Shown here one piece after another: positions 40,801 through 51,882 of a stretch of DNA of 64,000 nt; the stretch's first letter is position 1; the number at the start of each line of letters is the position of its first letter. Below the pieces are notes generated by a model. The model was given only the letters and a program-made list of their open reading frames with translations, made no database searches and had not been told where the DNA came from. Made by a program: the position numbers and the translations under genes. The stretch spans positions 1 through 64,000 of the forward strand of contig CAZQNA010000008.1 of NCBI GenBank assembly GCA_964594835.1, read 5' to 3'. The DNA is from an uncultured Nitrososphaerota archaeon. GTDB taxonomy: Archaea; Korarchaeota; Korarchaeia; Korarchaeales; Korarchaeaceae.

Positions 40801-43800
40801 CTAAGGTGTTAGGAACGCAAAGGGCCCCTGTATCACTTTCAATCTCTGCCCTCAGAGGGCTCTGATTGCTTCTCCTCAAACGACAGCGCCCCCAGAGACC
40901 GAGAATAAGAGCCCTTTCAATCTCTGCCCTCAGAGGGCTCTGATTGCTTCGGGGCTAGCCCCCTGGGTCACGGTGAAGGAGGCGATCCTTTCAATCTCTG
41001 CCCTCAGAGGGCTCTGATTGCTTCTTCTTCTTAAGGGCCCTCTTTTTATTAGAGGAGGTAGAAGCTTTCAATCTCTGCCCTCAGAGGGCTCTGATTGCTT
41101 CCCGGGTGGGGGTGGTGGTGGTGGGCAGCGGGTGGGTCTTTCAATCTCTGCCCTCAGAGGGCTCTGATTGCTTCAACTATAATCTTCTTTCACATGCTTC
41201 ATTAACTGATCCTTATCCTCTTTCAATCTCTGCCCTCAGAGGGCTCTGATTGCTTCGGATCAAATTATGAATGTGACCAGAATATAAAAAGACTTAAAGA
41301 GATCCTAAACTTTCAATCTCTGCCCTCAGAGGGCTCTGATTGCTTCGCTGAGGATTGGGTGAGGAGGTTTGTTAAGATTAGGCGGCGCTTTCAATCTCTG
41401 CCCTCAGAGGGCTCTGATTGCTTCGCAGTAGGTGAGTCAGAAGAGAATCCCCAATCTATTCCCGCATAGGTCTTTCAATCTCTGCCCTCAGAGGGCTCTG
41501 ATTGCTTCTTCTCTTATAGGAGAAGAAAGCGGCTTTCCGGGAAATATTCTTTCAATCTCTGCCCTCAGAGGGCTCTGATTGCTTCGCCTTCGGGGATGAT
41601 CGCGATCGAGCGCGGCGCGCCCGCCACTTTCAATCTCTGCCCTCAGAGGGCTCTGATTGCTTCGCTCGACAAGCTTGAGGTCGAGAGGCCACCGACGCCC
41701 GACAAGATAACTTTCAATCTCTGCCCTCAGAGGGCTCTGATTGCTTCCTGTGCTGAGGTTCGCACCGCCACATGCATGTCCTAGTACGCGCACACTCTTT
41801 CAATCTCTGCCCTCAGAGGGCTCTGATTGCTTCATCGTCGCGATGTTCGCCGCCATGCTGATCGTGGCACTGGTGGCCTCTTTCAATCTCTGCCCTCAGA
41901 GGGCTCTGATTGCTTCTGGCTGGTGATAGTCGGGCTGAGTAGGGGCAACAAGTGGTACGACTTTCAATCTCTGCCCTCAGAGGGCTCTGATTGCTTCCTG
42001 TTCGGGGACCCAAGCAAGTTCCTCAAGCCCAGAAGTGAGACGCCTTTCAATCTCTGCCCTCAGAGGGCTCTGATTGCTTCCATGGCAGCGTCCTTCAGCT
42101 GACTAGCGGAGATCCTCAGCGTGAAGCTTTCAATCTCTGCCCTCAGAGGGCTCTGATTGCTTCGGCTGTGAGGATAAGATCACAATTAAGGCTGAGCGTG
42201 AGAGTCTTTCAATCTCTGCCCTCAGAGGGCTCTGATTGCTTCTGGCTGGCGTGACCCCGGAGGGGGGGATGAGTCAGAGCGCCTTTCAATCTCTGCCCTC
42301 AGAGGGCTCTGATTGCTTCGGATATCCAAGCAATGCAAGAGATCGTCAAAAGGGACATCGCTTTCAATCTCTGCCCTCAGAGGGCTCTGATTGCTTCCTG
42401 CGCGAGGCGCGCCTCAACCCAGGCCGGCAGCTGCGGCTCCTTTCAATCTCTGCCCTCAGAGGGCTCTGATTGCTTCGCGCTGTCGGCGGTGATAATAGTT
42501 CTCGGTTACCTCACTCACGACTTTCAATCTCTGCCCTCAGAGGGCTCTGATTGCTTCGGCCACCATCACCGAGTCATAGTCGGGCTCTGTTACGCGCGTA
42601 ACTACCGCTTTCAATCTCTGCCCTCAGAGGGCTCTGATTGCTTCCTTCTCCCCGCTTTTCAGCAGTAGATAGGTGCCATATACCATGCTTTCAATCTCTG
42701 CCCTCAGAGGGCTCTGATTGCTTCTAGCACTAGCTGGTGATGTGCTCGAGGCAAACTGGACCGACGCCTTTCAATCTCTGCCCTCAGAGGGCTCTGATTG
42801 CTTCGTCTGCAGACACCCAGGGCGGCGCTTCAACTATCTGCAGCGTAACCTTCTCTCTTTCAATCTCTGCCCTCAGAGGGCTCTGATTGCTTCGTGATCC
42901 GGGAGATCAGCTTAGTGTCAGTCTCCCCCTTTCAATCTCTGCCCTCAGAGGGCTCTGATTGCTTCCAGGCTTATGTCGCGGCCAGAGTACAGAGTCGTGG
43001 CTTTCAATCTCTGCCCTCAGAGGGCTCTGATTGCTTCAAGGAACAGGGTGAACTCGATATTGAACGGATAGCCGAAACGTTCTTTCAATCTCTGCCCTCA
43101 GAGGGCTCTGATTGCTTCTGTTCCTTGACTAGGCTAGCGATCTCTGTTAGACGGCCTCCTCTCTTTCAATCTCTGCCCTCAGAGGGCTCTGATTGCTTCT
43201 GAACAAAATGTGGTTGTGGAAGATTTTCGAAAAGAAGGTCGCTATCTTTCAATCTCTGCCCTCAGAGGGCTCTGATTGCTTCCATTCAGAGCCTTCACTC
43301 CCGTGTCTACAAAGCGGCCCGAGACTTTCAATCTCTGCCCTCAGAGGGCTCTGATTGCTTCGGATGGGGTTCCGACCTATCTAATATCTCTGGGACGGCT
43401 CTCTTTCAATCTCTGCCCTCAGAGGGCTCTGATTGCTTCGAAGATGGCGAGGCAATCATATTTTGGAGCAAGTACGCAGATGACTTTCAATCTCTGCCCT
43501 CAGAGGGCTCTGATTGCTTCTCTTCATGTTCGACGCCGGCCCCGACGGGCAACGCGTTGAGGATGGCTTTCAATCTCTGCCCTCAGAGGGCTCTGATTGC
43601 TTCAATGTGGAGGAGCCGGTATTGCGCGCATTATGAAGAGGTAAACTTTCAATCTCTGCCCTCAGAGGGCTCTGATTGCTTCGAGGAGACCGGCCCGGTC
43701 GGGCTGGAGCAATACTTCTGAGGTGGCTTTCAATCTCTGCCCTCAGAGGGCTCTGATTGCTTCCTTCGCGCGGCACTCAGGGCAAAGGAGCTGATCAGGG

Positions 43801-45039
43801 AGCCGGAGGAGACCTTTCAATCTCTGCCCTCAGAGGGCTCTGATTGCTTCGAAGAGGATCACGCGAAGCTCAGAGTCGGAGTGTTCAGGACGTATCCTTT
43901 CAATCTCTGCCCTCAGAGGGCTCTGATTGCTTCTAGTCACAGGTGATTCGGGAATCGTTGCCGTCCAGAGAGGACCTGATCTTTCAATCTCTGCCCTCAG
44001 AGGGCTCTGATTGCTTCGGGCCCCACCTCGTTCTGAGGAGGGTCTTGCTGTGGATCTTTCAATCTCTGCCCTCAGAGGGCTCTGATTGCTTCTTATTGCT
44101 CATTTTGAATCCCTCCAAAAAGACCGCCGGAGAGTTTACTTTCAATCTCTGCCCTCAGAGGGCTCTGATTGCTTCCTATTTCGACAATGAGGCTGACTGC
44201 TCCTCATGGGTTAACTTTCAATCTCTGCCCTCAGAGGGCTCTGATTGCTTCGTGAGGGTGGTCTTATGCCGAAGAAGGCGAAGAAGAAGTCGCCTTTCAA
44301 TCTCTGCCCTCAGAGGGCTCTGATTGCTTCATGGCGGAAATTCTTGACGGGTTTGTGAGGTGATTTATGACTTTCAATCTCTGCCCTCAGAGGGCTCTGA
44401 TTGCTTCTCCTCAAGGAGTTCGGCGTCAAGATCCCGAACCTCGGCTACGTCATCCCTTTCAATCTCTGCCCTCAGAGGGCTCTGATTGCTTCATGCGGGG
44501 CCTCGCCGAGAGATGGTGCAGGCTGAGGGGCTTTCAATCTCTGCCCTCAGAGGGCTCTGATTGCTTCCCGAGTACTGGCTCGAGTATAGCGGATACGTCT
44601 CGTCCGCTTTCAATCTCTGCCCTCAGAGGGCTCTGATTGCTTCGGCTTGTCTTCAGGGTGATATGATGGCCGCGCAGGCTCAGACCGCTTTCAATCTCTG
44701 CCCTCAGAGGGCTCTGATTGCTTCATCCGGGCACGAAGGTGACGGACGTGAAGGAAGTCAGGGTCGCTTTCAATCTCTGCCCTCAGAGGGCTCTGATTGC
44801 TTCATAGGGTACACCCCGCCATCAATCTCTCCAGATGAGATGTACCTCTTTCAATCTCTGCCCTCAGAGGGCTCTGATTGCTTCTTTTTTGAACCCCTAT
44901 ATCACACACGTTAACTGATTGGCGATACTTTCAATCTCTGCCCTCAGAGGGCTCTGATTGCTTCGTCTCACCTCCTAACTCTTTTTTGTGGCCGGCAAAA
45001 AACTTTCAATCTCTGCCCTCAGAGGGCTCTGATTGCTTC
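28818..45039 (-). CRISPR. CRISPR array 1, about 205-210 repeats (estimated from the ~78-nt period); repeat GAAGCAATCAGAGCCCTCTGAGGGCAGAGATTGAAAG (37 nt)
   Basis: Near-invariant 37-nt repeats with mostly unique spacers. The ATTGAAAG 3' handle and the leader at 45040+ give minus orientation; internal GCCCT-CTG-AGGGC hairpin. Confidence 0.99.
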
Positions 45040-45149
45040 CCCCATCCTTACCTTCTTAGGAGGGCCCCCGACCTCCACCAGGCCGCCCCGTTTTCGGGCG
45101 CGCCGCGCTGATCGGGGTCTCCACCGTCGCCTTATAAGGATCAGCGCCC
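45040..45149 (-). promoter_or_regulatory. CRISPR leader of array 1
   Basis: 110 nt, near-identical (2 mismatches by eye) inverted copy of 51773-51882; TTATAA box at 45132-45137. Confidence 0.9.
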
Positions 45150-45192
45150 CCTCGCCCAGTCTATCACATTGTCAGAGACGCGCCGAATTCCG

Positions 45193-45732
45193 TCACACCC
45201 CTCTGCAGGCGAGAAAATGTTCACACACTGCACACTTGCCCCTGTTGGGTGTTGGGGGAGGCATGTACTCCTCCTCCAAGATCTTCCTTATTTCCTCCAG
45301 CGTCCTCAGGACCTCACGCCTCAGCCTCCTCAGAGAGCTGATTCTCACCAGCCCCAACCCTCCAGGATAGTAAAGGAATCCCTCCCGCACCTCGACATCG
45401 AAGTTCTCCTCAACCAACATGGCGTATGCGGCCAGTTGAACCCTGTGAGACCTAGCCGGAGAGGCGAACTTCACCTCCAGTGGATATGCTCTCTCTCCGC
45501 AGTGGAGGAGCCCGTCAAGCCTGCCCCAGAGCCCGAGCCGCTCCGACTTCAGGATCACGTCCCTCTCCACCCTGCAGCCTCTAAGAGGAACGAGCCGGAT
45601 GGCCTCTCGCACGGCCCTGTCCTGCCTCTCCTTCCCCCTCCTCATCAGGGGAGTCTCAACTCCCCCCATCCTGAGAACCCGTCTCCAGTAGATTATGCGG
45701 GGGCAGTAGAGGTACTGCCTGATGTCGGACAC
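45193..45732 (-). CDS. cas4: CRISPR-associated exonuclease Cas4
   Basis: QYLYCPR, GRLDGL, PLEVK, QLAAYA, KCAVCEHFLAC Fe-S cysteines. Confidence 0.95.
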   Translation of the reverse strand: MSDIRQYLYCPRIIYWRRVLRMGGVETPLMRRGKERQDRAVREAIRLVPLRGCRVERDVILKSERLGLWGRLDGLLHCGERAYPLEVKFASPARSHRVQLAAYAMLVEENFDVEVREGFLYYPGGLGLVRISSLRRLRREVLRTLEEIRKILEEEYMPPPTPNRGKCAVCEHFLACRGV

Positions 45733-45820
45733 CGCTATCGTGGAGCATCACCCGGAGGTCTGCCCGGTGGGTGAGTGCGCCCAGCTCTGCGTCTGGGGGA
45801 TTCTCTGCCGGAGGCGGCCC

Positions 45821-46117
45821 TTACACCACGACGTATCCAGGCCCCCCGTACTCCGGATCGGGGTCGAAGCCCTCCACCCTCCCTATCCTCATGGTCATGC
45901 CGTAGAGGCGCCGATCCATGACGTAGATCCTGACCGCCCCCTCTCTGCCCTTCATGATCTCCGACAGCTCGTAGAAGAGCGAGAGCCTCTGACTCTTCGA
46001 CAGTATCCCGGCGAACGCGCTCCTCTGGATGTGTCTGAGTCCGTAGTCCTTGCACCTCTTCTCCACGGCCCTCCTGACCCCGTCGTCGCTTATGTCGTAG
46101 ACCACGAGCGTCATCAA
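45821..46117 (-). CDS. cas2: Cas2
   Basis: LVVYDISDD..R..CKDYGLRHIQRSAFAG. Confidence 0.96.
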   Translation of the reverse strand: MMTLVVYDISDDGVRRAVEKRCKDYGLRHIQRSAFAGILSKSQRLSLFYELSEIMKGREGAVRIYVMDRRLYGMTMRIGRVEGFDPDPEYGGPGYVVV

Positions 46118-46123
46118 GCTGGG

Positions 46124-47146
46124 TCACCCCCTCCACCTCCAGGGGTCGTAGGACGGTGAGTCCCCCCTCACGTACGTGGCTATGGCCCTCGCCTGACCCA
46201 GAATGACGTCCTTGAGCCTCCAGCTCTCGCCCCTGTAATCCACGCGAGACTCCAGCGCCTCCAGGACCCTCTCGACGACGAGCCTCCTCCCCCGACCCCT
46301 CAAGTAAACTCCCTCGCCCCTCCTGGTGAAGTCCCCCTCATGGTCCAGCACCCTCTTCGTGAACAGGGGGATCACGGGCCTGTGGGATGCGTAGACGAGG
46401 AACTCCTCCGCCAGGTCAAGCGAGATGCTGGTCCTGCCGGACCTGTCGGCGTGGAGGTAGCCGGAGAACGGATCCAGGCCAGCCATGACGGCCGCCCTGA
46501 AGGCCTCCGAGTACACGAAGGAGTTGGCGAAGCTGATGGCCGCGTTGAACGGATCTTTGGGCGGCCTCCTTGTCCTGACTCCCCTGTAACCGTACTCGGG
46601 CGGGACCACCAGGCTCAGGGCCCTGAAGTACTCCTCTGCGGCCCTCCCCTCCACCCCCATTATCCTCGATCTGACCTCGTCCAGGCGGCCCGATATGCCA
46701 GACAGCTCCCTCAGGTGCTCCCTCACCCTGTTCGCGGCGTCCATCAGCCTGAGCTTGACGGCGCCCTCCCGGTTCCTCGCCAGCCTGGACAGCATGACGG
46801 CCCTGGAGTCTATGGCGGCCCTCGCGAAGGCCTTGGCGAACTCAACCCCCCTCTCATCGTCGTACGCCCTCAGCTGCTCCCTCCTCGTCCTGGAGGTCCC
46901 GCCGTAAGTTGCCGGCAGGACCAGGGCCGTGGGCTCCCCCCGGAGGGACGTGACGGTCACGGCTATCCCCCTTGCCGCCGCGCGGGAGAGCAGGTCCGTG
47001 GTTATCGAGGCCCCCTCGCACACCACCAGGCACTCGATCTGATCTAGAGGTATCTCCTCGCGCCTCCCTGAGGAGAAGAAGACCAGCCTCTCCCCCTCAA
47101 CCCTCAGCCTCACGCCGGGGGTGTCCACGACTACGGCCTTCCTCAA
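46124..47146 (-). CDS. cas1: Cas1 integrase
   Basis: MGVEGRAAEEYF, RTRRPPKDPFNAAISF, GLDPFSGYLH, LDLAEEF. Confidence 0.97.
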   Translation of the reverse strand: MRKAVVVDTPGVRLRVEGERLVFFSSGRREEIPLDQIECLVVCEGASITTDLLSRAAARGIAVTVTSLRGEPTALVLPATYGGTSRTRREQLRAYDDERGVEFAKAFARAAIDSRAVMLSRLARNREGAVKLRLMDAANRVREHLRELSGISGRLDEVRSRIMGVEGRAAEEYFRALSLVVPPEYGYRGVRTRRPPKDPFNAAISFANSFVYSEAFRAAVMAGLDPFSGYLHADRSGRTSISLDLAEEFLVYASHRPVIPLFTKRVLDHEGDFTRRGEGVYLRGRGRRLVVERVLEALESRVDYRGESWRLKDVILGQARAIATYVRGDSPSYDPWRWRG

Positions 47147-48525
47147 GCGCCACCACCCAGCAGGTACACCCTGTACCCTCCCCTCCTCTTCCTCCTCTGC
47201 ACGAGCCCCTCGCGCTCCAGGGCCAGAATAGCCCGCTCGTAGAGGGGCGGGGGGAGCTTGACCTTTCTCTTGAGCTCAGACTGCGTGAGACTTCCGAAGC
47301 CGGAGAGGGCCTCGAGCACCTTCCTCTTGGCGTGCGCCTCGTCAAGTATCGGCTCTATGGCCCGCCTCCTGCGACGCGCCCTCTTCCTGGCGGCTCTCAC
47401 CTCGGACTTGGCCTCCTCTTCCCTCTCAGCCTCCTGCCTGGCCACCTCCCTGACGAGGTCTCCGTCCACGTTCCTGAACCCCCTCTCAAGCCCCTCGGCC
47501 AGGCTGACGCTGGCCAGCCTCAGGGCCGACCTCGGAATCCCGCGAGAGATCTCCGCAATCGCGGAGAGGGCCTCGTCCGTGAACGGGTAGCTGTCCTCAA
47601 CCATTCCGGACGCCTCGGAGGTCCTGAACGCCCTGAGGTACCGCCTTATCATCTCCCGGATCTCGCCTTCCCTCAGGGGGCCGAGCACGAGGACGTCCCA
47701 GGCTCCCCAGAGGCGGCTCTCGAGGGCCGGGTTCAGGGCGGCTATCCCGAACTCCACGTCGCTCAGGACAGCCTCACTGGCCGAGAAGACCAGGAGGGCG
47801 CCCTCCGGCAGCTTGTCGATCAGCTGCCTCATGTCGGAGTAGAAGGAGGCCACCTGATCCCTCGTGGAGGCCGAGAGCGCCTCGTCCAGCTCGTCCACCA
47901 GTATCAGGAGCTTCCTCCCGAGCACGCTCCAGATCACGTCCACCAGGGCGGAGAGCGCGTCCACCGCCGAGTGGTCGTCCAGGTTCATCACAATCTTCAG
48001 CCTCCTCAGCTCCGCGCGGCCCAGCTGGTCACCCTGAAGCCACGCGAGGGCCGAGGTGTCCCCGGACGCGATGCCCCGCAGAGCCGCCGTCAGGTCGGGC
48101 ATCCGCGCCAGCCTGCCTGGCGGACTCCTGAGCGCGGCCCTGGCGAGGTCCCTGAGGAAGTCCCTCCCGAGCTGAGAGTCGAGGCACTTCACCACCTCGG
48201 AGAGGAGGCTCAGCATGCTCGCCGACCTGAGCCCCTTCACGTAGACGGGTATCACGCCGTCGTACCTCCTCCTCGCGGCGTGCTCGAGGTACTTCAGCGC
48301 GTGGGTCTTGCCCATCCCGTACCTGCCCACCAGCAGGAGGACCGCCGAACCCTCACCCTCCCTCAGGCTCACGAGCCTCCTATCCAGCTCCCTCTTGAGG
48401 TCGTCCCTTCCGACTAGGATCGAGGAGTACCTGTCCTCATCCGGGTCGCCCACCGGAAAGGACCCGTGGTGCGGGAAGGGATTCTTCCTCAGGCCGTACC
48501 TCTCGTAGCCTCCGGACGCACTCAT
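47143..48525 (-). CDS. P-loop AAA+ ATPase with C-terminal winged helix
   Basis: YGLRKNPF, Walker A GRYGMGKT, Walker B LILVDELD, ALESRL (Arg finger), SRGIPRSAL (sensor 2), C-terminal wHTH; 4-bp overlap with cas1. Confidence 0.85.
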   Translation of the reverse strand: MSASGGYERYGLRKNPFPHHGSFPVGDPDEDRYSSILVGRDDLKRELDRRLVSLREGEGSAVLLLVGRYGMGKTHALKYLEHAARRRYDGVIPVYVKGLRSASMLSLLSEVVKCLDSQLGRDFLRDLARAALRSPPGRLARMPDLTAALRGIASGDTSALAWLQGDQLGRAELRRLKIVMNLDDHSAVDALSALVDVIWSVLGRKLLILVDELDEALSASTRDQVASFYSDMRQLIDKLPEGALLVFSASEAVLSDVEFGIAALNPALESRLWGAWDVLVLGPLREGEIREMIRRYLRAFRTSEASGMVEDSYPFTDEALSAIAEISRGIPRSALRLASVSLAEGLERGFRNVDGDLVREVARQEAEREEEAKSEVRAARKRARRRRRAIEPILDEAHAKRKVLEALSGFGSLTQSELKRKVKLPPPLYERAILALEREGLVQRRKRRGGYRVYLLGGGA

Positions 48526-49256
48526 CTTCCACCCCCCCAGATTGAGAGGAAGTACAGGAGGCGCCCCCTCTCGTCCCTGATCGCGTCTCTCACAACGGTC
48601 CTGCTCCAGGCGGGCGCGGGGCTCAGCATGGCGCCCGGGATTGCCTCCACCGCCTCGAGTACCAGCGCGTCGAAGGCCTCCCTGCTCAGTCCCCTTCTGC
48701 TCATCTCTTCCCTCATCCTGGTGAGCGACACGGGCTCTCCCAGCACGTGTGTGACCCCCCTATACGCCTCCTCCAGGGCCTTCGCCAGCGCGGCAATGGC
48801 CCCGGCCTCGGTGACCCTCACGACCCTTGACGACCTGGAGACCAGCCCCAGGTCCTCGGCCAGCCTCACTACGTACGTTGCCCTCTTCTCCCGAGTCGAC
48901 TTCCTCCCCCTGCGGTAGAGCGCCCTCGCGATCTCCGGAACGGTGGAGGGGGTCGTGAGCGAGATCCACAGGACCCGGAACACCTCCGGGTGAGAGATGG
49001 CCGCCTCCCCTATGGACCCGGACCCCGCGTCCACGTAGAGGTACCTGCCCGACCTCCTCACCCGTCTGACCAGTCCAAGGGACCTGAGGCCGGCCAGCGC
49101 GGCCTGAACCTTCCTCCTGGGAGCCTTCAGGGTCTCCGAGATCTCCCCGCAGGTCCCACCCCGCCCCCGGGATCCGAGCTCCCGGGCGACCGCCTCGAGT
49201 ACCCCAAGGCCGGGGTAGCTGTACGAAGGCATGGGCCTCACGCGACGTTCAGCCAC
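48522..49256 (-). CDS. Tandem winged-helix DNA-binding protein
   Basis: GTCGEISETLKAPRRKVQAALAGLRSLGLVRR and STVPEIARAL..LAEDLGLVSR..VTEAG. Confidence 0.65.
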   Translation of the reverse strand: MAERRVRPMPSYSYPGLGVLEAVARELGSRGRGGTCGEISETLKAPRRKVQAALAGLRSLGLVRRVRRSGRYLYVDAGSGSIGEAAISHPEVFRVLWISLTTPSTVPEIARALYRRGRKSTREKRATYVVRLAEDLGLVSRSSRVVRVTEAGAIAALAKALEEAYRGVTHVLGEPVSLTRMREEMSRRGLSREAFDALVLEAVEAIPGAMLSPAPAWSRTVVRDAIRDERGRLLYFLSIWGGGR

Positions 49257-50616
49257 CTCCCAACGCCTCCCTCGTCACCGCCGAGATGGCCCGGTGAGCC
49301 CTCCCAGCCGCCCCACCCGCGCGAAGCGAGTAACCCAGCTCGCCCAGCTCCACGAGGCCCACCAGCGGCCCAGACAGTTCGTTGAGGATGCGCTCGACTC
49401 CCTGAGCGTTGACCTCCGCGCCTCTTTCGAGCAGGATGGACAGGATCTCCTCGGCCCGCAGGGCCCCAGCCTCCCTCAAGATCCGGAGAACGGCGGAGCG
49501 GAGCCCCAGCTCGGCCTCCCACCCGGAGATCCGAAGCCTGATGATCTCCCATGGGTCCCCCTCCGCCAGCTCGCCGGGCCTGATCCTGGCCAGGTTCAGG
49601 GGGAGGGCCCTGAGGAACGCCGCACTCAGGACATCGCAAACCTGGTCCCAGGTCAGAACGGCAACGCCCTCCCTCCTCCCCCTGGACACCACCTCGGCCG
49701 ACGCCGAGGTCGCGACGAGCCAGGCCCCCCACTCCACCCCTGCCCCCGACTTGGAGAGCCTCCCCGTCCTCCTGTACTCGTCCAAGTAATCCCTCGCCTG
49801 CTCTACTGAGGTCAGGTCCGCCCTCTCGTTCTTCAGCTCGAACAGAGTCCACATCGGGGCCATCGCGACGATGTCCGGCCTGCCCGGCCCCATGGACCTC
49901 TCGCGGTCTATCAGACATCCAGCGGCCTCGAGCAGGTCCATGAGGCCGAGGTTGAGCTCTCCCTCCGGTGCGCCCTCCCTGGCCATCCTCCTCAGACTCT
50001 CCACGGCATCTGCGAGCCTCTCGGGCCACACAAACGAGGCGGACCTTGCGAGCTCCCGCGCCGCCGACTCGAGGGCCGACTCCAGCGCCATCATCCTGGA
50101 CTCGGCCTCGAGTGCAGAGTCCGGATTCTCAGCCCAGCTGACGAACTCCCCGAAGCTGAGGCCCGACGCCTTGAGGGACTCCTCCAGTGGGCGTAACGAC
50201 TCCGCGCTTCCGACCCTCTCCATCCTGGAGAGTATGTAGACCACAAGGCCCCCGCCCTCCCGCGCCTCCTTGACGACCGAGAGAGATGCGTCCCAGCAGA
50301 TCAGGGCCGCGGATCCCCCTTCCGTCGACCTGAGCCAGGCCAGGAGCGGGCTCGCCGAGGCCTGGTCCACCCTGCCCCCGTCAAGCACAACCCTCAGGGA
50401 GGCTCCCGGCAGACGGGCGGTGAGGGAGTCGCCGACCATTGAGGAGCGGTGTCCGTCGGCCCTCAGGGCCCTTCCCAACCTTTGGAGGGCGGCCCTGGCG
50501 CGTGATATCCTGTCCTCCCTCAGCCGCTGGATTATCGCCTCTCCCGCAAAGACTCCCAGATATTTGCGGGAGGATGAGGCGGCCCCGGGCACGCCTATAT
50601 GATCGCCGACAGCCAT
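49249..50616 (-). CDS. PD-(D/E)XK (Mrr/NucS-like) endonuclease with C-terminal wHTH
   Basis: GRPDIVA..LFELK..SVEQARDY catalytic pattern; C-terminal VLRILREAGALRAEEI..VERILNELSGPLVGLV. Confidence 0.7.
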   Translation of the reverse strand: MAVGDHIGVPGAASSSRKYLGVFAGEAIIQRLREDRISRARAALQRLGRALRADGHRSSMVGDSLTARLPGASLRVVLDGGRVDQASASPLLAWLRSTEGGSAALICWDASLSVVKEAREGGGLVVYILSRMERVGSAESLRPLEESLKASGLSFGEFVSWAENPDSALEAESRMMALESALESAARELARSASFVWPERLADAVESLRRMAREGAPEGELNLGLMDLLEAAGCLIDRERSMGPGRPDIVAMAPMWTLFELKNERADLTSVEQARDYLDEYRRTGRLSKSGAGVEWGAWLVATSASAEVVSRGRREGVAVLTWDQVCDVLSAAFLRALPLNLARIRPGELAEGDPWEIIRLRISGWEAELGLRSAVLRILREAGALRAEEILSILLERGAEVNAQGVERILNELSGPLVGLVELGELGYSLRAGGAAGRAHRAISAVTREALGGG

Positions 50617-50897
50617 TAAGGGTTATCCACGATCGCGGCGACCGGCAGGAACTCCAGAGTGAGATTAGGCCCCTCCAGGCAAGAGTGCGAGGGTCCTCGC
50701 GGCGTCCGTCGCTGAGGGCATCGCTCGCCACGTCGACGGGCGGGAGCGCTCCCCCTCCGAAGCCACCACCGGGCAGTTTCACGCATTATGCAAAGATTCA
50801 CCTCGATTTGCATAGGAGACGCGACTTCACGGGCGGAAAGGTTATCTCATAACTCTCTGTCGGGTAGGATCGGCGCAATCAGAGGTGATGAGTCTCC

Positions 50898-51725
50898 TTG
50901 CCCGCTATCGTCACCGCGTACCTGTATCCCTCCACGACCCTGATGTATGAGGTCCCCTCCTCGGGAAGGATTGCACAGTCAGCGCTGTTCTCGGCCCTCA
51001 AGGCGTCTGACCCGTCCGTGGCCTCGGGCCTGCATCGCCTATCCGCAAAGCTGAGGCTCGGCACGCCCTACTCGGTCAGCAGGATCACGACGGCCGCGAG
51101 GTACGTGAAGGGGGTGACGGCCGTGGTCCCAGCCGGAGATCACGTTCGCCTCACGGTTAAGCTCCTGAGGGATGAGCTCGTGGATCCCTACGTCAGGGGG
51201 CTGTTCAACTCCCCACTGAAGATCAACGGGGTGCCCGTGGAGGTGGCGGAGGTCAAGGTGGGCAGGGTGAGCTACGAGGACCTGCTCACGGGGAGCCCCG
51301 TCGTCCCAGGGGTCAGGCTCAGGCTGATGACCCAGACGATCCTCGAAGGAGAGGAGTTCCCCCCTCCCCTATGGGAGGTCCTGCAGAGGCCCATCGCGGC
51401 CTGGAACGCCAACGCCCCGGATCACCTGAGGTTGGGGGATCCCCAGCTGGAGGGGGTGTGGCTGGCGCAGCCCACCTCACCGTCCTGGCTGGAGAGCGGG
51501 GCCGTTAAGGTGTGGTACGGGGCGGAGCCCGTCGTGAGGGTCGGCTACACGGGGGTCCTGAGCTACTCCCTGCGATCCCTGAGCACGTTCCACGGCAGGG
51601 TGGTCTCGGCCCTCCTGAGGTTTGCGGAGTTCAGCGGGATTGGCAAGAGGACCACCGTGGGATTTGGGGTAGTGAAGGTCTCGTTTTGGAGGAAGAGGTC
51701 CAGGAGAGGGCGTAAGTCTGCATGA
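50898..51725 (+). CDS. cas6: Cas6 endoribonuclease
   Basis: PYSVS, LRLMTQT, GYTGVLSY, C-terminal G-loop FAEFSGIGKRTTVGFG. Confidence 0.9.
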   Translation: MPAIVTAYLYPSTTLMYEVPSSGRIAQSALFSALKASDPSVASGLHRLSAKLRLGTPYSVSRITTAARYVKGVTAVVPAGDHVRLTVKLLRDELVDPYVRGLFNSPLKINGVPVEVAEVKVGRVSYEDLLTGSPVVPGVRLRLMTQTILEGEEFPPPLWEVLQRPIAAWNANAPDHLRLGDPQLEGVWLAQPTSPSWLESGAVKVWYGAEPVVRVGYTGVLSYSLRSLSTFHGRVVSALLRFAEFSGIGKRTTVGFGVVKVSFWRKRSRRGRKSA

Positions 51726-51772
51726 GGGGACGCGGGGCTGGTGGAACCTCAACCTTAAGATGCACGCGCTCC

Positions 51773-51882
51773 GGGCGCTGATCATTATAAGGCGACGGTG
51801 GAGACCCCGATCAGCGCGGCGCGCCCGAAAACGGGGCGGCCTGGTGGAGGTCGGGGGCCCTCCTAAGAAGGTAAGGATGGGA
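51773..51882 (+). promoter_or_regulatory. CRISPR leader of arrays 2 and 3
   Basis: Inverted copy of 45040-45149; TTATAA at 51786-51791; abuts the first repeat. Confidence 0.9.

Noticed and set aside
28672-44914. Many ORFs with recurring FQSLPSEGSDCF / FNLCPQRALIAS peptides
   Set aside because: They are translations of the CRISPR repeat, not genes
47143-48525. TnsC of a CRISPR-associated transposon
   Set aside because: No DDE transposase, TniQ or transposon ends visible
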